A stretch of DNA of 64,000 nucleotides. Origin: Flavobacteriales bacterium (GTDB taxonomy: Bacteria; Bacteroidota; Bacteroidia; UBA4408). Positions 59,501 to 64,000 of this stretch are shown here, in pieces. The translations under genes were made by a program, and so were the position numbers. Within the stretch, counting starts at the first letter, position 1, and the number at the start of each line of letters is the position of its first letter. Below the pieces are notes generated by a model. That model did no database searches. It was not told where the DNA came from and saw only the letters and a program-made list of their open reading frames with translations. Location of the stretch: assembly GCA_040374085.1 (NCBI GenBank), contig JBEIVB010000003.1:2868-66867 (forward strand). The letters run 5' to 3'.

Positions 59501-62500
59501 TTCCCGAACCGCCAGAGGCAGTTGGCCAGCTTACCCAACATTCCCATGCTGGATCTTGCTTTCTACCCCAAAGAGCGCGGGCCTTACAACTACGATGCAA
59601 TACCCACCGGCATATCGGCGGGCATAAACTCCAACGGATGGTTGAATGCGCCCAGCACACGTTGGGGAGGCATGATGCGCCGCATTGAAAACAACGACTT
59701 CGAAACCGCCAACATCCAGTTCATTCAGTTCTGGTTGATGGATCCCTTCAACGAAGATTACCCCATACTTGGCAACGCAGGCGACTTATATTTTCACGTG
59801 GGAGATGTTTCGGAAGATGTGATGAAAGACGGCCGTAAAATGTTTGAGAATGGCTTGCCCACCCAAAGCCAGCCTTTCGACTCTACCCGCCTGCAGCGCA
59901 CCCCATGGGGCATTGTGCCCGTTACACCCGCGGTAGTAAACGCCTTTGATGCAGACCCCGCCTCTAGGCCCTTTCAAGACATTGGACTCGATGGATTGAA
60001 CGATGCCGAAGAGCGGGGCCAATTCCAGAACTACCTCACCGCCATACAAGGATTGGTGAATCCGCAAGTCTACCAGCGCATGCAGAACGACCCTTCGGCA
60101 GACAACTTCAATTACTTTCGATCGGCACAAGCAGACGCAGCGCAGCGCAGCATTCTGCAACGGTACAAAGAATTCAACGGCACCGAGGGCAACAGCTCCG
60201 TAGACCAGCCGGATGGATACCCCATCTCGAGCACCACCTTGCCCAACAACGAAGACATCAACCGCGACAACAACCTCAACTACAACGAGAGCTACTTTCA
60301 ATACAAAGTGCGCATTGCCAAAGAGGCCTTTACCGTAGGACAGAATTACATCACCGACGTGTACGAATCGTCAGTTACCACGCCCGACAACCGCACCCGC
60401 ACCGTAAAATGGTACCAGTTTAAAATACCCTTGGTTACCCCCGACAAAACCGTTGGCGAGATACAAGATTTTCGGTCCATCCGTTTCATGCGGGTGTTTT
60501 TAAAAGGGTTTTCTGATTCCATCTTCCTGCGTTTTGCCCGATTGGAGTTGGTGCGGGGCGATTGGCGGAAATACCTGTTCGATCTCAATGCTCCGGGCGA
60601 ATACATTGCCGATGATAAATTCAACACCTCTACCTTCGACATTGCCGCTGTAAACGTAGAGGAGAATGCCAGTAGGGTTCCCGTAAAATACGTCTTGCCG
60701 CCCGGCATTGAGCGGATTATAGACCCCACCTCTACCAACCTGCGCCAGCTCAACGAACAGTCGCTGGTGCTGAGGGTATGCAACCTGGCCGATGGAAAAA
60801 GCAAAGCCGCGTATCGGAACGTGGATCTGGACATGCGCATGTACAAGAACCTGGAGATGTTTGTGCACGCAGAAGCGGCGGGGCAAGACAACCTAAGGAC
60901 CGGGGAAATGAGGTTCTTTTTGAGATTGGGTACCGACTTCGATCAAAATTATTACGAATATGAAATACCCCTCACCTTTACCCAATGGGGGGCAGCAGAC
61001 CGCACCCAGATTTGGCCCGACGCCAACAACATCAACATCCTTTTGGAAAAACTTCTGGATGCCAAGCTGGAGCGAAACAACAAAAGTTGGGACATTACCC
61101 AGCCCTACCGCTACTCCGATCCAAGCGTTCCGGGTGTAAACATCATCGTAGTGGGCAACCCCAACCTCAGCTCGGTAAAGACCATCATGGCAGGCGTGCG
61201 CAATCCCAAGCGCATTGGTTTCCAAGACGCAAGCGACGATGGATTGGCCAAGTGCGGCGAGGTATGGATCAACGAACTGCGCCTCACCAACTTCCGCCAA
61301 AACAGCGGCTGGGCAGCCAACGCACGTCTCCAAGCCAAGCTGGCAGACATTGCCGACGTGACCGTTACCGGAACGCGAAAAACAGAGGGCTTTGGGCAAT
61401 TGGAAAACAAACTAAATGAGCGTTTGCAGAACAACCAGTTTTTGTATGAGGTGAACGGAACCATTAAACTGCAAAAATTCTTTCCGGAAAAATTGAACCT
61501 CAACATTCCCATGTTTGTGGGATTCTCTGAAGGTTTTATAACTCCAATGTATGACCCATTGAATCCGGACGTTCCCTATAGCCAGTCTCTGGCCAGTATA
61601 GACGATTCCAAGCGCCGCGACGATTTCCTGCGCGCCACCCAGGACTATACGAAAAAGCGAAGCATCAACTTTACCAACGTAAAGAAAGACAAAGGCAAAA
61701 ACTCAAAGAAAGCCCACTTTTACGACATCGAAAACTGGGCGCTCAACTATTCCTACAACGAAGTCTTCAGGCGAAACATCAACTTGGAGTATGCCACCGA
61801 CATGAACCACAAAGGGGGCATTGCCTACAACTTCGCCAGTCAGGCAAAGCCGTTGAGGCCTTTTGAAGGCATAGGTTTTTTAAAAGGAGGTGCCTTTAAA
61901 ATCCTGACGGAAACCACCATAAGCCTGCTGCCGAATCGTTTTTCGTTCCGCACCGATTTGGATAGGACCTTCAGCGAAACACGGGCCCGCAATGTGGAGG
62001 ATGCCAACTTGTTGATCAATCCCTTCATCAACAAGCTGTTCAACACGACGCGCATGTACGATATGAAATGGGATTTGTTTAAATCATTGAACATAGATTA
62101 TACGGCGAATGTAGCAGCCCGCATTGATGAGCCGGCAGGAAGGATAGACACCACTCAGATCGATCCCATCAACAGGCCCGGCTACACCCGGCGCGACTCC
62201 GTAATTGCGAACCTAAAACGGTTTGGGCGTACCACCCTCTTCCACCAAACCACCAACGTGACCTGGAACGTTCCCATCAACAAAATTCCGTTGTTTAACT
62301 GGATTTCGGCCAATGCAAAATACACCGCAAACTTCGATTGGATTTCTGCGCCGCCCAACATTTTGGCACAGCAGGCCGCGGGCAACAACACCCCCATAGC
62401 CAACACCATTACCAACTCGAACCAGAAAACGGCATCGGCCAGTTTAAACCTGGTAAATTTATATAACAAAATACCTTTTTTAAAGGAATTGAATAACCCC

Positions 62501-64000
62501 AAACCAAAAGCGCCCAAGCCCCTGAAAACAAAAGAGCAACTAAAGAAAGAGAAAGAAGATCGAGCCAAAATGTCGCCGGCAGAAAAAGCAAAACTTCAAG
62601 CAAAAGAAGACAGCATTCGCAAAGCCGAGCAGGGACCTAATCCGATATTGGCAAACGTTGCCAAGGTTTTGATGATGGTGAAAAACGCCAATGCCAGCCT
62701 AAGCGAAAGCCGCGGGACTACTTTGCCAGGGTATCTGCCTAAAACCACCTTGTTTGGCCTTTCCGACCTCAACTTTAATGCCGCAACCGCGCCTGGCTTG
62801 CCCTTTATTTTTGGCGATCAAAGCAACCAGGTATTCGAAAAAGCAAATCGCTACAAATGGCTTACCCAAAGCGATTCGGCCAACACCTTATTTACGCGGA
62901 CCTTCAACAGCACCTTTACCGGCAAAATCACCATTGAACCTATAAAAGATTTTAAAATCGAATTGAATTGGTCGCGCAACGCTACCCGCAACAACAATGG
63001 CATTATGCGCTACGACCCCACCAGCGGAACCTACAACCCCATTAGTGCCGTTGAAACCGGAAGCTACAGCATAAGCGTCATCAGTTGGTCGTCTGCTTTT
63101 GACCAGGACAGTCCGGACAGTTTGATTTCGAGCACCTTTAGATCTTTCCTCAACAACCGCCAAACCATCTCTCAGCGCATTGGGCAGGAGCGGGGTTTGA
63201 GCGGTGACTCCCTGGATGCGGGCAGTGGGCTTTACAGGGGCTATGGGAAAACCCAGCAAGACGTATTGGTGCCTGCCTTCTTTGCGGCTTACACCGGAAC
63301 CAACGCGGGCAGCGTTCCGTTGAACTTCTTCAAACAGATGCCCGCACCCAACTGGCGCATATCCTACGACGGATTGGCGAAATTGGAATCGGTGAAGCAG
63401 TATTTCAAAAGCCTAACCGTATCGCACAGCTACCGCTCTACCTTTAACATTGCCAGCTACACCACCAACCAATTCTTTCAGGACGATGGCCGCGGCAACT
63501 CCGTAACCCGCGACTTAAAAAACAATTTCCTACCCAAGAATGAAATTCAGGTGGTGACCCTTTCCGAGCAAATGGCCCCTTTAATTGGGTTCGACGGTAC
63601 CCTTCAGAACAGCTTCTTAGCCAAATTGGAGATTAAGCGCGACCGCAACATTTCCTTGAGCATGGCCAACAGCCAGATAACCGAAATTCGGAGCAACGAA
63701 ATCGTGACCGGTTTGGGGTATAAATTCAAAGATGTAATACCTCCTTTTGCCAAACGCTTTGGTTGGAGCTTGAAGAGCGATTTGAACCTGCGCCTCGACG
63801 TATCGTTCCGCCGCAACCAAACCGTTATTCGGCAGGTGGAGACCGCCCTTAACCAGCGCACCGCCGGAACCAACGTAGTGAGCATCCGTTTCAACGCCGA
63901 CTACACCATCAACCAGCGATTGAACCTGAGAATCTTCTACGACCGCACCATCAACACCCCCCTCATCACCACCACCTTCCCCACCTCCAACACCAACTCG
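56582..64000 (+). CDS. sprA: T9SS outer membrane translocon SprA/Sov, 3' end truncated by window edge
   Basis: One frame from TTG 56582 to the edge (2473 codons; start and end in the same frame, no stop-bounded long + ORF in the track); GKIGDKL, YDTEAAFNFQN, KIEAGNVSLP, WDLMMKNVYS, YIDDFE, KWYQFKIP, WINELRL motifs. Confidence 0.96.
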   Translation, partial: MKHGTRLYLIGTLVFLLAVLAWTTFADAGTEAFSEMWQWGHGEALDIEDPNALLTLPLDADTGKAGKPKDAGGGGGKLPFNFKDESWDPTDPGHQGGLYLSNPGNVKDSVYYDPKENNFFFNQNIGTMRFRNPSYMTFEEYMDYDMEKSLRNYWKQRHEAEDIQKKANSLIPKIYVSGDAFDRIFGGNTVDIRPSGAAELTFGVNTSRTENPAIAEAQRKISVFDFNQKIQLNVVGKIGDKLKTQINYDTEAAFNFQNQVKLEYTGYEDDIIKKIEAGNVSLPLTGTLITGSQALFGIKTQLQFGRANITTVLSQQNGRKQTANFEGGTQTVKFEVTADNYDVNKHYYLSQYFRDNYNRALSQLPVIQSNITVTKVEVYITNMTSAVDNTRNVVAFADLGESDRTRGNPGARPNEKWAAAGFVGAPLATDASGDFPSSRGSNNLYNTITGAAFSGLRSINTASGVLAPYRNAPFNFNLVADYEILERARKLQPTEFTFHPQLGYISLNSPLNNNEVLAVAYQYTANGRTYQVGEFSTDGITDPQCLYLKMLKATNPRVRLPMWDLMMKNVYSIGGYNITPQDFKLDILYNDLRKGINLNYLTESKLANIVLLQACNMDSFNNQQERIPDGMFDFLPNITVNPQNGRIYFTTIEPFGSDLRKKMISGQDGTPSAEDLVYIKKYVFQELYDSTKTAAQQIPNKNRFRLRGSYSGSSGNELSLNATNVPQGSVRVTSNGTALTENVDYTVDYAAGKVKIINPGLASSRSSIQVSYENQQAFTPIVRNLIGTNIEYKVNKDLVLGGTFLRLTERPLTQKVTLGDEPIANMIYGFNVNYKTEAPWLTRLIDKLPLINTKEMSTITFSGEFAHLLPGHSSAVGKEGISYIDDFEATQSVIDLRQQFNWQLASLPQGQPELFPETRFSQDVRWGMNRSKLAWYTIDPLFFQNLSTTPQHIRDNKTLQSNHLSRQILEVEVFPNRQRQLASLPNIPMLDLAFYPKERGPYNYDAIPTGISAGINSNGWLNAPSTRWGGMMRRIENNDFETANIQFIQFWLMDPFNEDYPILGNAGDLYFHVGDVSEDVMKDGRKMFENGLPTQSQPFDSTRLQRTPWGIVPVTPAVVNAFDADPASRPFQDIGLDGLNDAEERGQFQNYLTAIQGLVNPQVYQRMQNDPSADNFNYFRSAQADAAQRSILQRYKEFNGTEGNSSVDQPDGYPISSTTLPNNEDINRDNNLNYNESYFQYKVRIAKEAFTVGQNYITDVYESSVTTPDNRTRTVKWYQFKIPLVTPDKTVGEIQDFRSIRFMRVFLKGFSDSIFLRFARLELVRGDWRKYLFDLNAPGEYIADDKFNTSTFDIAAVNVEENASRVPVKYVLPPGIERIIDPTSTNLRQLNEQSLVLRVCNLADGKSKAAYRNVDLDMRMYKNLEMFVHAEAAGQDNLRTGEMRFFLRLGTDFDQNYYEYEIPLTFTQWGAADRTQIWPDANNINILLEKLLDAKLERNNKSWDITQPYRYSDPSVPGVNIIVVGNPNLSSVKTIMAGVRNPKRIGFQDASDDGLAKCGEVWINELRLTNFRQNSGWAANARLQAKLADIADVTVTGTRKTEGFGQLENKLNERLQNNQFLYEVNGTIKLQKFFPEKLNLNIPMFVGFSEGFITPMYDPLNPDVPYSQSLASIDDSKRRDDFLRATQDYTKKRSINFTNVKKDKGKNSKKAHFYDIENWALNYSYNEVFRRNINLEYATDMNHKGGIAYNFASQAKPLRPFEGIGFLKGGAFKILTETTISLLPNRFSFRTDLDRTFSETRARNVEDANLLINPFINKLFNTTRMYDMKWDLFKSLNIDYTANVAARIDEPAGRIDTTQIDPINRPGYTRRDSVIANLKRFGRTTLFHQTTNVTWNVPINKIPLFNWISANAKYTANFDWISAPPNILAQQAAGNNTPIANTITNSNQKTASASLNLVNLYNKIPFLKELNNPKPKAPKPLKTKEQLKKEKEDRAKMSPAEKAKLQAKEDSIRKAEQGPNPILANVAKVLMMVKNANASLSESRGTTLPGYLPKTTLFGLSDLNFNAATAPGLPFIFGDQSNQVFEKANRYKWLTQSDSANTLFTRTFNSTFTGKITIEPIKDFKIELNWSRNATRNNNGIMRYDPTSGTYNPISAVETGSYSISVISWSSAFDQDSPDSLISSTFRSFLNNRQTISQRIGQERGLSGDSLDAGSGLYRGYGKTQQDVLVPAFFAAYTGTNAGSVPLNFFKQMPAPNWRISYDGLAKLESVKQYFKSLTVSHSYRSTFNIASYTTNQFFQDDGRGNSVTRDLKNNFLPKNEIQVVTLSEQMAPLIGFDGTLQNSFLAKLEIKRDRNISLSMANSQITEIRSNEIVTGLGYKFKDVIPPFAKRFGWSLKSDLNLRLDVSFRRNQTVIRQVETALNQRTAGTNVVSIRFNADYTINQRLNLRIFYDRTINTPLITTTFPTSNTNS

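Noticed and set aside
1-64000. CRISPR array, IS/transposase, prophage, rRNA, global UGA recoding
   Set aside because: No regularly spaced repeats, mobile-element genes or rRNA signatures were seen, and TGA terminates many genes normally.

Overview
A 64-kb, gene-dense chromosomal segment of a Bacteroidota bacterium. The assignment rests on sprA, T9SS cargo proteins, TonB receptors and TAnnTTTG promoter boxes; gatC and nuo genes suggest a lineage other than Bacteroides. Most genes are core: mrp/apbC (partial), metG, ltaE, DAHP synthase/chorismate mutase, sufA-like-sufBCDS, nuoMN, lhgO, hemL, fcl, dnaG, kbl, M1 aminopeptidase, tag, plsC, gatC, asd, maeB, ruvA and sprA (partial, runs off the right edge). 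There are three tRNAs (Arg-CCT, Arg-CCG, Leu-CAG), three TonB-dependent receptors (one under a TPP riboswitch, one with a LytS/LytTR pair), three T9SS-sorted proteins and an MMPL transporter. I found no integrase, transposase, prophage, CRISPR array or rRNA. The most unusual signals are absent from the ORF track. (1) An 84-codon Cys-rich lipoprotein gene is interrupted by one in-frame UGA followed by a hairpin. (2) A TPP riboswitch has an expression platform that appears to sequester the AUG itself. (3) A 33-aa membrane peptide ORF lies divergent from a PAS-LuxR gene across a palindromic operator. (4) There is a 21-bp-period LytTR box and a Fur-like box. (5) Several genes have the promoter -7 box 4-7 nt before the start codon. 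(6) An isolated nuoM-nuoN pair sits behind lhgO. I cannot claim a confirmed new system; these are testable leads.
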